Shown piece after piece: positions 1 through 11,749 of a DNA stretch of 64,000 nt. Source of the stretch: Eutreptiella sp. 'Long Island Sound 2002' (lineage: Eukaryota > Protista > Euglenida). The notes beneath the pieces are model-generated. The model did not search any database, was not told where the DNA came from, and worked only from the letters and a program-made list of their open reading frames with translations. The first letter of the stretch is position 1, and each line of letters starts with the position of its first letter. Both the position numbers and the translations under genes were made by a program. Where the stretch lies: assembly GCA_964036045.1 (NCBI GenBank), contig OZ038378.1, positions 198,462,001 to 198,526,000 of the forward strand, read 5' to 3'.

Positions 1-15
1 CTTTGCAGCACACAC

Positions 16-167
16 CTGCCATTTGTTGGGGTAGGACCTCTGGACTATGGTCACGTCCCCGTTAATGCGGACCTGACGGCAGAAATACACCCACTCGAAG
101 CTGTCCACAAACTCCTCGTTCTTCTTTTTCCAGGGGCCGATGCCGAAATCCGACACCACCTGACCTC
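16..167 (-). CDS. DUF1995-like protein, exon 6 (gene continues past window edge)
   Basis: Encodes GGQVVSDFGIGPWKKKNEEFVDSFEWVYFCRQVRINGDVTIVQRSYPNKWQ. TAG acceptor, GTGTGT donor; in frame with exon 5. Confidence 0.85.
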
Positions 168-403
168 CTACGGACGCACCGTTTGTGAAGACTTCAGAGC
201 GCTCCGGGGCTTGGGCAGGGGCATACACATAAGCAATGCATAAGCAAAACCCGTGCACCACACGGGCAAAATGGTTGTTCGCACTGCTCATGAAGCGTGC
301 TGGATCCGCTTCTGAGACGAAAATCGGCCGTACAGTACTGTCTTAGGATCAGTGCTTAGAGGCTTGGGGCCGTTGTCTGGTTTGAATGTTCCCGTTGCTA
401 CAG

Positions 404-500
404 CGCAGAAACAACAACAACAACAACAACTACAACAGCAACATGAACAACACGAACAACAGCAGCAGCAGCAGCAGCAGCAACAACAACAAAGGCAACA
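404..500 (+). repeat. Mixed CAA/CAG trinucleotide tract (polyQ-coding) inside a DUF1995 intron
   Basis: Runs of (caa)n and (cag)n, giving the polyQ ORF 352-684 and a poly-Cys ORF on the opposite strand. Confidence 0.9.
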
Positions 501-1400
501 GTGTGCACAGACGGAAGGATCGGCACCTCCATCGCAGCCCAACCTCCCACCGCCGCCACACATGCCTTTCAAGAATTCCATAATCCAATACCACGCCTCA
601 GCCCCTCACCAAGCCATGCCAGTGCCACTGCCAATGCCCGACCTCCCACCCACCTCCATCCCCACCTCCAAGTTCGACCTCTGATTTAGCTCCAGTACAC
701 ATTCAGTCTTCCTGCAGCCCATACCCGTGCTCACAGGAGGAGATGGTCAGTAGATATTGGGACCTGACCTGATGATATGGACGATGCACCCTCAAAGACG
801 TCCTTGATTGTTCATTTCAACTAGCACATTCATCCATGGGACACCAACCTTCCCCCTTCACAGTGCCCTGCGTCTACCCCTGCCCTGCACACTCTACTGC
901 TGTCACACACCACTTTGCAGGAGATCGTGTGCCGACCTGACACATACCACGGCCAACTTACATCCCTGCACGGCCCCTGCCCAAATATCTCAAAAGGACG
1001 GCGGAAGCCTGAGGATATCACTTGCAAGCCCCTGGAGATGACCCAGAAGCCCTGGGCAAGGACATTTTACAACACAGGGGGAGGGGGTGTTGACCTTCTC
1101 CGTCTTCATAGGGGTGTCAAACCACAGACGGAATGTGTTTTTTTGTGGAGGCAAATGGCTTGAAATTAGAAGAGAAGGCAGAACCAGAGGTTCCTAGTGT
1201 GGTCTGAACCGAAGGGGAAGGGAGGCAAGCATCTGAACATAGTGGGAACAACGTCGTCCCACACCCGAGCAATGCAAGTCTGTATGTCTGTATGAGGACC
1301 GCAGGACCAAGACACGCGCCCCTGCATGCGGCAGACACAACACTTGAGGAACAGCGGTGGTGGTGGGAGCTGCACTGATGATCGGCTGGTAACCCCTGAA

Positions 1401-1885
1401 CAGGGGTGGATATAGTGGGGGGGGGGGTCCCCCCCCCAGCCCCCCCCCCCCTCCCCCCCCCGATGACGATTACGATTACGATTTACCCGTTTGACTGACC
1501 TAGCAATTTTGCCAGCAGTTTTACAAGAGGACTGATGGCCCAAAAAGGCACCAAAGCAGGTGATACCCAGGATTTCATCCCAGGACAATCAATCTATGAG
1601 CCTGTGCATATACCGTTGTACTACTGAGCCAACCTGCCAGCCCTGAACACAAGACAATACATTGCACAGCGGTTGGTATATCCCATGAAGACAGTCCACA
1701 CAGTGCAATCATTTCTTGACACATTTTGCCAAAATGGCTTGCAATCCCGAATCATCTTTGCCTGTACTGCCTGAGCTAATTGTAATCGTAATCGTCATTC
1801 CGTCATCACTGCCTCCTGGCTCAACAGCCCCCCCCCCCCCCCCACCCCCACCTTGGTAATGTCGTCACTATTATATCCACCCCTG
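1401..1885. mobile_element. hAT-type MITE, 485 bp
   Basis: Terminal inverted repeats CAGGGGTGGATATA...TATATCCACCCCTG. Perfect 8-bp target-site duplication CCCCTGAA at 1393-1400 and 1886-1893. Subterminal inverted (GATTAC)n/(GTAATC)n motifs. Confidence 0.85.
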
Positions 1886-3085
1886 CCCCTGAACCATCGG
1901 ACTGCAACAAACTTTGTGCACTGGCACTATTGGTCAGCATGCCTTCCACGCACGGCGCTCTGAGGCTGTGAAACAAACGCCATCGGGCGGTTACGTTGGC
2001 CTGGTTAGGGTTAGGCCTTTCCCTATGGGGTCAGGAAACAGGATACTGCCAGCCAGCCAGCAGGGCTGTCGCATGTGCTGGCAGTTGCCACCAGGGCGAC
2101 GGTGGCCAACCCCAGCCTTTGCCGCATGTACCGACATGTGAAAGCAGCTTGAAGGATGCTGTCACTTGGGTCTTGAGGACAAGAAGACGTTGGTGCCTGG
2201 TCCAGCGGCCGATGCTTGTGATACGCAGCGCAGTTCTGCGCAGGCACTAGCGGGCGCGCGCACACACCGAGACGCAGAGGGGGGGGGAGGGGCAGGGCTC
2301 CGGTTCAGGGGGGTGGGGGGGGGTCCAACCCCCCCCCCCCCCAAGTGGTACTGAGCTTTTGGAGGCACCGAAGAAAATGGTTGGCCTAAACTGACTGGCG
2401 CCAAAAGCGCCAAGAGAACTTTTTGAGTTAAGGGGGAGGGAGGCTGGGTCCAAAGTGGGTGGGTGGGTGGTCTGGGAACCCCCCGCCCCATGTGGTGCTG
2501 AGTTGTTAGAAGGAGCCCCGGGGGGGGGGGGGCACACACGGAGAGAGGTGGGGGGCGAGCGTGCGCACGCACGCACGCGACGCTCTTTGACGTGACAAAC
2601 AGGGCCCTGGTCGAGGCCCAGGCTGGGGGGGAATGCTCTCGGCAGGCAACACAACGCTCATGCCAAACGCCACGAGGCACCTTTCCGTCAGAAGGCAGGC
2701 GGCGAGTGCAAAGAATAGAATAGAATTGCTACCCCACACCCGCAGAAAAGATACGGATGCAGACGGAGGCACGCCCGTGCACACCCCTGGGACGTGAAAT
2801 GCGGGCAGCAATCATGCTCGAGTGCTCAATGCTCATCAGGTGGACGCCAGACAAAAAGCATGTCCAGTGCAGGCCATTGCTTAAGGACCGGGGGGGGAGG
2901 GGGGGCTGTTTGGGGCCCTGGCTAGCCCCGGCTGACCCACCCACCCCCCCACCCACGTCGGAAAAATTTTCCTCCGCAAGCGATTGGAGAGGCCTCCTCA
3001 GGAGCCGCAGGTCAGCCCCAGACGTCTTTCGTTCAGTGGCACAGTGGAAAGGGTGTGCTGACTGACAGACGCATGGACAGGCAGA

Positions 3086-3150
3086 CACACACACACACAC
3101 ACAGACACACACACGCACGCACGCACGCACGCGTGCGCACGCCCACACGC
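3086..3150. repeat. (CA)n/(CGCA)n microsatellite
   Basis: Visible directly in the sequence. Confidence 0.9.
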
Positions 3151-3628
3151 ACGCTCCTGGCATGCGCAATCACGGCCTTGTCTAAGCACAGGGACCCCGT
3201 GGGATGTTGTTGTCCGATTTTTGGGCCATGCTTGTGCCAACCGGGGGGGGGCACACAGGCTGCCCCCCCCTCCCCATTGGAATGCGTGTTTCCAAACCCA
3301 CCCCACAGCCCATAAATGCACATTTTCAGACATTTCAGAAAAAAAATTGCTTTCAGTAGACATAGTCCGGAAGCTGCGAGAGTGAGCTCAGTTCGGTGAT
3401 ATGTTTCACATTTTCAGACATTTCAAATTGCAACACATTGCGTCCCCCCCGTACGGAGTCGTGTGGGTTACGTGCTGTTGTGGGTCACAGGCAGACACGC
3501 AGTCTCAGCAAAACAAAATCCTCATCAGTGGTAACAGAAGCAGCGTGATGATGCTGGCTCCCAGGTACTGGGTTGCAGCCGTAATCTTTGTCCTACAACC
3601 CCCCCCCCCCCCCCTGAGCAGCACATAC

Positions 3629-3874
3629 CCTGCCACTGTGGGTTCACCATCACCACCAGTTTGTCCTGCTCCGCCACCTTCTTCAGCACCGGCAGTGTGC
3701 CGGCCGTGGGGAACACAATGGCTGCAACGTGGTCCCCCTCCCAACAGCCCACTGCGTCCGCTTCGTCCAGGAGCGACGCCTTTAGAGGGCCCTCCAGCCC
3801 CGGCTCCGCCTTCACTCCCCTCAGGAAGTCCTCCATCATCGGGCACAGTGCCTTGAACTGCTGCCTCACGCCGC
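3629..3874 (-). CDS. DUF1995-like protein, exon 5
   Basis: Encodes GGVRQQFKALCPMMEDFLRGV...DEADAVGCWEGDHVAAIVFPTAGTLPVLKKVAEQDKLVVMVNPQWQ. CAG acceptor, GTATGT donor; the VxxNPQW motif is DUF1995-like. Confidence 0.85.
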
Positions 3875-5215
3875 CTGCAGGCCAAGATACGATGATCCTG
3901 AGCCACTCGGAGCACCCCATTCATCGGCGGATGCATTTGCCGCCACCGCCCCCTCTTTCCCGAACACACTGCGTCCATTGCTCTGCCCGCGCGGAAACGG
4001 ACGGACCATCAAAGGAATAATTTGAGTTTTTTTGGGGGGGGGAGGAAATTTTGGTATTATTGGTTTTGGAAATGAGGGTGGGGAAATTTTGGTGCTATGC
4101 CTTAGAAATGAAGGAAATTGTGGTATAAGGCCCCTTGCTAATTGCTTCCTAGTGGATGGTTGCTGCTATTTCCGGGTGGGTCCTGAATGGTTGCTGTTCT
4201 TTCCTGACACTGCGTCTCATCTCTATATTGCGCACTCACATGTAGCACGTAGAAAACCCTCCCTGCAGCCCGCGTCCGGTGCACACATTTTGGCACATAG
4301 CATCCTTCCAATTGAAGGAAATATTTGGTACGAGGGAGCTTCCAAATTTGTCCACATCAGTTTTGTCCTGATACATTTTTTTCCTTTGATGATAGTGCAG
4401 CAACAGCGGGGCCCCATTCCCTCCCTCCCACCACAAATCTTTGCATCCAGCCACTTAACAGCTTCGTAATGTCCCGCAGGCACGAAGTGCGGCGCTACAC
4501 AAGGGCACGTTGTGGGGTGCGGTTATTGACATCCCCATTCACCATTCCCAAAAGGTATGGTCAAGGAGGGAAGGCAGGAGAGAGAGAGAGAAATGGGTGC
4601 CAAATATTGCCTACTTCTGTCGTATGGTTCCGAGAACCCACTGTGCGGGCCACCGTACCGGGCAAAATGGGGGAATCCGGGATTGCCGAAAGGGGGGGTA
4701 TGCTATCCACAGCACTGTTCACCAGAGCTGTAACCTTGGCAACCGCTTGGTGACTGTTGGAGTAGAGAAAGCACACCAGGGCTGAAGGAAAGAGATTGTG
4801 GAGGATTTTTGAGGGTTCTGAAAGATCCTCAGGGCATATGGTGGTATCACTCACCAAATTTGGACAACTGTAAGGAACTGCAAATGCCAGGGCAAAACTG
4901 AAAGACTGACCAGTGTCTCCCTGCGCGGGGGGGGGGGGGGGTTACCTGGCTGGCAGGGCACTGGAGCACGTGCTGCCAACCACCTCTTGGAACCGTGGGT
5001 AAACATGATGGGACGACGTCTCGACCCCCCAATCCCATTGGAAAATGTCAAAATGGGAGAAAAAAACCGCAAACGCAAAGTGTAGCCGGTGTAGGATGGT
5101 CATGAGTATTCAAGCATGTGGAAATTTGGGGCAAGCAACAACAGCAGAATTTAAGCATAGCAGCAGCACGCCAGCACCAGGCTGCAGAATTCGGGTCTAA
5201 CCTGTTGGCGTGTAC

Positions 5216-5371
5216 CTGGCCAATCGTCCAAATCAGTGGCCCCGATCAGGGGCAAAAGAAGCTCATGCTGCTGCCGTTTGACCCCATCACGATATGCATT
5301 CAAAGCTGCAGTCATCGCCTGAGTAGAGATGGCCTTGGGGCCTTTCGGCACTGGGACAACAACGTCGGTGT
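5216..5371 (-). CDS. DUF1995-like protein, exon 4 (start of mature domain)
   Basis: Encodes DTDVVVPVPKGPKAISTQAMTAALNAYRDGVKRQQHELLLPLIGATDLDDWP. AG acceptor at 5373-5372 (the exact acceptor is ambiguous); GTACAC donor at 5215. Confidence 0.8.
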
Positions 5372-6776
5372 CTGAGGGAACTGTGTATGAGATATGTGCA
5401 GAAGACGGACGTCGAGAAACACAGGCAACACGCAGTAGCCACTGCTCATATCTGCAACGAGTGCCTGCAGTTTAGGACATGCAACTCATAATCTGCCAAT
5501 GCATGTTCTGCTCTCTCTCCACAGATGCATACACACGGCGTGGCTGGGGCTAGCAGGCGGGGCGGCAGCACGTAACAATGAAGCAGCAACCCTTAACCTC
5601 GAATTGACTTGCACAGCTGGTAAACAGGTCATCAGCTTTGAGAAATACCAGAAACACTCGCAGTAGTGAAGGCACATCTTCTCACAATTGTGCGGACTAA
5701 TGACGTCTGCGAGGCATCACATACCATTCAACACGGAACGTTGATCTGTGGGAAACAGAAATGTAGGGATCTCTTTGTGGGATTGCTTTAGGGTTGCAAC
5801 AAAGAGCAACAGGATAAGGGTCCAACAAGGGTCAACCATGGCAGATCAGCAATGCCTGACTTTCAGCACACATGTGGACATGGGTTGCTGCGTGCAACTG
5901 AAGTGAGATGCACTCAGAATTGCATGCGACTGGGGAGAGGGCATGTGACCAATGGCGGTTGACCCTCAAGTGCCAAAATACTAAGAAACCGCTTCATGTA
6001 GTCACTCTCCAGGGACCCGAGGCGGCAAGAGTTATGCACTTTTTGCGATTCCTTACTGCTTTCATGAGCCTTGAGATGCCCGAGATTATTTGGCCCTTTT
6101 GAATCCCCCGTCTCGGGGTCCCTAGAGCAGGAAGAGGTTACTTACATCTGCCATCTCAGGATGCCTAGGGCGGGGAGAAATCAAAAAGGCGACATAAACC
6201 TTGCTATCTCAGGCGTCCCCAAAGGAGGGAAAAAGAAGGCTACAAAACCCTTGTCATCCCGGACCTTGGAAGAGGGGAGGAATCAAACAGGCAACATCAC
6301 CACTGCTGTCTCAGGGTCGCCAAAGAAAGAAGGAACAAACATGCTACAGAACCCTGCCATCTCACGGTCCCCAAAGGGTGGAGGGGGTGAAAAAAGTGGG
6401 AAATCTGCATTTCTCAAACTGAGAAAAAAAAGGTGTGTTACCCAAGTTTTCACTAAGCAAAAATTTTCCTCTTTTTTTCTTTTTACTTAGTTTTGGTGCA
6501 GACCCGCCACAACAGCCACAACCACTGAACTGCTCCCCGTCCCTCCCTTCATCTCCTTTGCAAATGCCACATACATACCCTCTGCAAAAACATTAAGAGT
6601 CAAACCACGAAAAGCCCTAAATCCCTGACACAGATCACCAGCCCCACATCTGAAACAAGTATGCGTCAGCCCAACATCCCTGACAGAGATGCTTCAGCCC
6701 TACATCCTTGGCAGAGATACGTTTGGCTAAGCACCAACAGCGGAAAAAGTAGGGGGCTGGGACATCAGATGTGTAC

Positions 6777-6906
6777 CTGTGGCTCCAGTGGTCGCCAACA
6801 TGGCCAAAGGCGGTACTTGCAGGGCGCTGTGACTTGGGACTGGCCTGAAACCCCATCGCGCTGCTGCAGTCGCAACGGCCATTCCCACGAAGGCCAGAAT
6901 GCGCAA
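6777..6906 (-). CDS. DUF1995-like protein, exon 3 (TM2 and end of presequence)
   Basis: CAG acceptor and GTACAC donor. Encodes LRILAFVGMAVATAAARWGFRPVPSHSALQVPPLAMLATTGAT; a hydrophobic stop-transfer segment followed by an AMLATTG-like motif is typical of euglenid class I presequences. Confidence 0.75.
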
Positions 6907-7357
6907 CTGCACCATACAGACCAGAATGTCAGGCAAGGGCACATGGAATTGTGCAGCATCGTACATACGGTGTTCAGAGGGGACATAGCGCCCCGAGAGA
7001 CACAGCACTCCCGGGGCAGAGTGTCGGGGAGGCATAGCAGGACAGTTTGCCCCTGCCCAACAGCACACTGGCTGGTGTCCAGCGGGTGAAGTGTTCCAAG
7101 GACAGAGTATGGCTGGGGCACAATATTCCAGGTGTTCTAGGGGCCCCTGCATTCTGCCCTCTGAACATATTGCCTTATAATCCCGAGTATTCGGGGGGCA
7201 TGGTGCTCAGGGTGTACATTACTCCAAAGCATGGTGTTGTAGGTGCATTGTACTCCAGCGGGATAGTGTTCATCTGGATGCCGTTGAAATACGTTGCCCC
7301 ATGGTCCGGGTGGAAGCTATTCTGGTGATCACAATGCCAATCACATAAAGCATTTAC

Positions 7358-7460
7358 AGGGTAAAGAAAGTGTATGAGGATAGATGCTATGGACGTTGCC
7401 TCTGCCTTTTCTGGGCGGACCCCTTTCTGGAGAGCTGCAGCTAGAAATCTGCTCCTGGAC
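7358..7460 (-). CDS. DUF1995-like protein, exon 2 (linker and start of TM2)
   Basis: CAG acceptor and GTAAAT donor; phases fit both neighbours (2 to 0). Encodes RSRSRFLAAALQKGVRPEKAEATSIASILIHFLYP. Confidence 0.65.
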
Positions 7461-7953
7461 CTGTCTCGACACAGCAAAGTACAGCCCAAGCGGGGGCTGA
7501 CAGCAGGAGACAACAGCAGACTGTACATTGTAAGCAGGTTGCGCTTTCTGACCGTGTATTTTTTTCTGGCACGGTAGTCTGATTATCTATTCAGGGAGCC
7601 CCCATTGGGAAATTTGCCTGTGGGATTTGCTGCACACTCTCTTCTGTTGCCTGCACCATTCTCTTGGCCTCCCCCTCAGACACCGTGAACCACTTTCAAC
7701 CCTTGGAGTCTAAAATGCTGGGCAGAAGACAGGGCAGAGCCCCAAATGGAATCATAAAAACCAGATATGCCTCAACCGCATGCAATTCATGTTTCAGTGG
7801 ATCATACTGCAGCGATTGTAGGCTGAGGGCCTATGCACACTGAGGGCTCCAGACCCCACCCTCACCAGTGTCTAAGTTCACAAGAGACAAAGGAGGCCAG
7901 GCAACTGCCGGCGCCTGGAATTCAACCGTTCGGTCAAGCTATGACTCAACATG

Positions 7954-8218
7954 CCTTCCCCCCCCCATGTCCATCCCCCCCCAAGGGACGACGGTTCCCC
8001 CCCCCCCCAGGGGGGGAACCGTCACCAGGTGACGGTTCCCCCCCTGGGGGGGGGGGGGGACCGTACACCACTCCCGACCAGCCAATTCTAGTATAACCCA
8101 ACTAAAAAATTTCTTCAGCGCCTTCGGCGCCTGTGATTTCCTATTGATTTCTTATTGTTCATGGGCCAAGTGACGGTTCCCCCCCTGGGGGGGGGATGGA
8201 CACGGGGGGGGGGGAAGG
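7954..8218. mobile_element. MITE-like foldback element
   Basis: Inverted termini CCTTC(C)nATGTCCATC(C)n ... (G)nATGGACAC(G)nAAGG, three internal GACGGTTCCCC motifs, and a GCGCCTTCGGCGC hairpin. No clear TSD. Confidence 0.6.
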
Positions 8219-8948
8219 TGGGTTCCTGCTCCTCAGCTCAAAACATCTTTTGTCCCTTCAGGGAACCCCTGGCACAGGGATGGGTGAATGAGGGGGCCCA
8301 GGAGACAGAGATGGCGAATGGTTGCACACAAACCAAACTTGTGCCTCCAGCACTGGGTGCTTGGGATGCTGAAACCATGTGATGTTTGAGCAGCTCTTCA
8401 TTGATGATGTCCACAGTATCCGAGGGCAACGCAGGCCTGCATAGCATTGTAAGGGGGGCCACAGCAGGTGATGGCAGATGCACACCAAGACATAAAGACA
8501 CACGCAATGTGTGCCAGCTGCCCCACCGCAGGGAATTGGTTCTTTTTTGTCTCACTCAACCCACACAGTGTGTGCCGTGGGCCTGTGGCAGTCCCCATAC
8601 TGTGTGTTCGTTTGTGTAGAACCATTGGCAGTGTAAGAAGCCCCCGTTCAGAGAAACAGGGGTACTTGGGAAGCATGTTCACCTGCGTGCAAAAAAAAAA
8701 TTGTCTTGGACACAAATATGGATGGGCAGGGCAGATAATGTCAGCATGTGCCACAGGCTACAAGCTACAAAGCGGTCACCAACCTGGGCAACTTGACGGG
8801 ATCCCTATGCTTCCTGTACAACTTGCCCATGCTTGTACTGCAAGGTTTTGGTACACTCAGGCTGCATTTTGTTCCTATCTACATGGATGGTGCCTCCAAG
8901 GGCATCAATTCCGGTCAACTTGAACTCCTGAAGTGCAAGAAACATGCC

Positions 8949-9127
8949 ACCCTGACCATCAAACTGCTGCCAGCTGCAGAAATTGTGACCTTGAACTACT
9001 GGAGCACAACAGACATGTCACCCTGACCATCAGACTGCTGCCAGCTGCAGAAATTGCGACCTTGAACTACTCAGAAATGTTACCCTGCCCATTGGATTCT
9101 GCCAGCTGCAGAAATCTGTCACCCTGA
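8949..9127. repeat. Imperfect tandem repeat with 62-71 bp units, about 2.5 copies
   Basis: ACCCTGACCATCARACTGCTGCCAGCTGCAGAAATTGYGACCTTGAACTACT recurs at 8949 and 9020, with a diverged third copy at 9082. Confidence 0.85.
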
Positions 9128-9813
9128 GATTGAATAGATGGAGCACAAATGCGCAATTGAAGCTCAGCCCCCGGAACAAGCAGTAGCATACACAGTGCAG
9201 TTAACAAAGAGCCAAAGAGCCAAAATATGCGGAAAAATATGCGGAAATATGCGGAATTATGCGAATCGCATAACCCCCCCCCCCTGTATGTCCGTGGATC
9301 GGAAGTGCGTTGCTCAGACAACTTTCCAAATTTCTGCACAGTGTGTCTCACAGTCCCAGTGCCTCAAGCAGATGTTTCCTATTATGTGGAGTAAATATTT
9401 GATCACAGGGGTAGTGTTTGCCGGGCACACTACTTTTGGACATGTGCCCTCGACCTTAGCCTCGAACTCACCCTCCCCTAGACAAGCCTCGAAGCGGACC
9501 GGACCATTCACACCCTGCCTGCCAAATCCACCCCAAACCATCTCTGTATAGTGCACACACCGCACCATCATCTTGCGTGGCAGCCTCGTTGGTTGCATTA
9601 GCATGGACAAGGCATGAGGGGGAACGTGTTCCCAGGGTCCACAAGTGGGGTATTGGACCTGCCTCCAAAGACAGGTTGTGTACTGACGATACCTGCCCCT
9701 TCATTTGGCCCTTCATCCGCCTCTGCCTTTGCCCTGCCGCTCCCCTGCACTGCCCTTTCCATGCGCAGCCATTGAGCCCAAGCCGCACCATCCGGTCACA
9801 GGCGCACAGATAC

Positions 9814-10097
9814 CGTTCAGATTCCACAGGCTCTGATGAAAAGCCTTGGGACACTGCAGCCGTCAGAGAAGCATGCGCAACCGTCGGCACGTGGGCAGGC
9901 TTCACGAGCGGCTGCACAGACAGGCTGACGCTGGAGGCAGCAGGCACCAGCAGCATCACAGTGCCAAAGCCCAGAGCCATCCCCAATGCAGAGACCAAGG
10001 CCACTGATAGGCCAAAAGGGGCAGATGAGCGATGCCCCACAAAGCCAGTCTGGGCTCCATACACAGGGCAAGGAGTAGACATTAGTGCAGGGGCCAT
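9814..10097 (-). CDS. DUF1995-like plastid-targeted protein, exon 1 (N-terminal signal/TM1 plus S/A/P-rich transit region)
   Basis: Reads MAPALMSTPCPVYGAQTGFVGHRSSAPFGLSVALVSALGMALGFGTVMLLVPAASSVSLSVQPLV...SEPVESE. ATG follows a CAG acceptor-like site; phase-2 GT donor at 9813. An alternative start is the ATG at 10082. Confidence 0.8.
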
Positions 10098-10959
10098 AAG
10101 CTGTGTGTAGCTGCACAAATCACACAAGCCTTGAAGTGCCACAGGCCCGAACAATCCCGTATCCCAAAGCGGAGGAACACTGAATCCCGACCTTTTCAGC
10201 AATCAAACTCCCGGACCCACACCGCTGACTCATTCCAACTCAAGTGATGATGCAGAGCACTGATGTGTGCCAACGCACCTACATCCAACCACTCCCTCAA
10301 AGAAGTCCCCAAAAAGGTGCAGCATTGTCCTTTGTATACATTTTCAGGCGAGGGAGTATTGGCAACAAGTGTCAAGTGTCAAGAGCTCCCTTGGGTTTTG
10401 ATTTGGATCAGTGCTATTTTTGAGCCATTCTGAGGATATGAGCACCGAAGGACAAAGACATTTGTGCGAGATTGTTCGGGCTACCGTCCCTGACACCTAC
10501 CTGGGAGAGAGGAGACAAAGTTATGGGTTCACTTCGGTGATGCCCTCCCCAGGGGCCACTCCTGCTTGACTGCTGGAAATGGGGAAACCGTAGACCTATG
10601 TTCCTTAAACCTGCTGGACAAGGATCAACAGATGGCACAAGAAAAGCATTGCAGTGCGCCATTATATGATAAGGTGGAGTCCACCTCTCCCTCTGTTGTA
10701 CATGATCTCGGTTGTTGGTGGTATTGCAACCTCTCCTGGATGAATGGCTGGAGGTGTCTGTGGTGGGAACAGACATTCCGGACCATCAGCCCCACATGTG
10801 TCTCTCCTTGCAGAGGCGTCCACCCTTGCCCACTGCAGCTCCTCCCTTTTGGAAGGGCTGTGTTGCCATTTTGATGAACCCCCCCTTTGAAGACCCCCAT
10901 GTGGCAGAGTGTATGTGGCTAATTTGAAGCATCCCCACTTTGGGGACCTGATGTTTCCC

Positions 10960-11365
10960 GCCCCCTGCAGCAGTGCATCCTGCCCCTGCAACAGCGCCCC
11001 CTTGCCCAGCAGCAGTACAAAGCAGCGGGGCACCCATCTCCAACAGCTGTACACCCTACCCAGCAGCAGAGTACCTTGCCCCTGCATTGGTGCATCCTAC
11101 CCATACAGCAGTGCACCCTACCCCCAGCAGCCATACATGCAGCCCTAGCAACAGTGCAGCCTGCCCCTACAGCAGAGCCCTGTCCCCGTACCGATGCATC
11201 CTGCCCCTGCAGTGGTGCCCCCTACCTCAGCAGCAGTACACAACAAGTGCACCCGACCCTAGTGGCACCGCACTGTGCGCTAGCAGAAGAGTGCTCTGCC
11301 CCTGCAGCGGTGCATGCTGCCCATGCAGCATTGCGCCCTACCCCTGCAGCAGTGCATCTTGCTGT
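10960..11365. repeat. Degenerate GC-rich minisatellite (CCCCTGCAGCAGTGCA-like)
   Basis: Many variant copies of ccctgcagc/cagcagtgca across about 400 bp. Confidence 0.65.
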
Positions 11366-11749
11366 GTCAGTGGCGGTGCAAGCCGGAGCTTTGGGACAGG
11401 AGGGGGAAGAGGGAAGAAGTGACCACACAAGAGCTCCCATGTATGGGCCCCACATTTGAGCCCATGGCTCCAGCCTTGTGCAAATAGACACAACTAGACA
11501 CAAACAGAGGACAATTAGACTGAGGTCATGCGCAAGCTGCTTGGGATGTTTGTGCATTGATGCGTAATGGTCTGGAAACTCACACAACAACACATTTTTA
11601 TGACATTCTGCCACAGCAGGAGCACAAGACCAACGGTACAACCATGTGTTTGAATGTCATCATTATTTGGCAATGGGTTGAGGTTCCGTGCGGTGTAGTT
11701 TAGTGTAGGCGTCTTATATGCAGCCATTGTTTTTTCCCCATTGTGCAAC

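Noticed and set aside
288-581. Poly-Cys metallothionein-like ORF
   Set aside because: Reverse complement of the CAA/CAG tract.
5530-5616. Extra DUF1995 exon (AVQVNSRLRVAASLL...)
   Set aside because: Exon 3 joins exon 4 in frame without it, and I found no convincing phase-matched donor.
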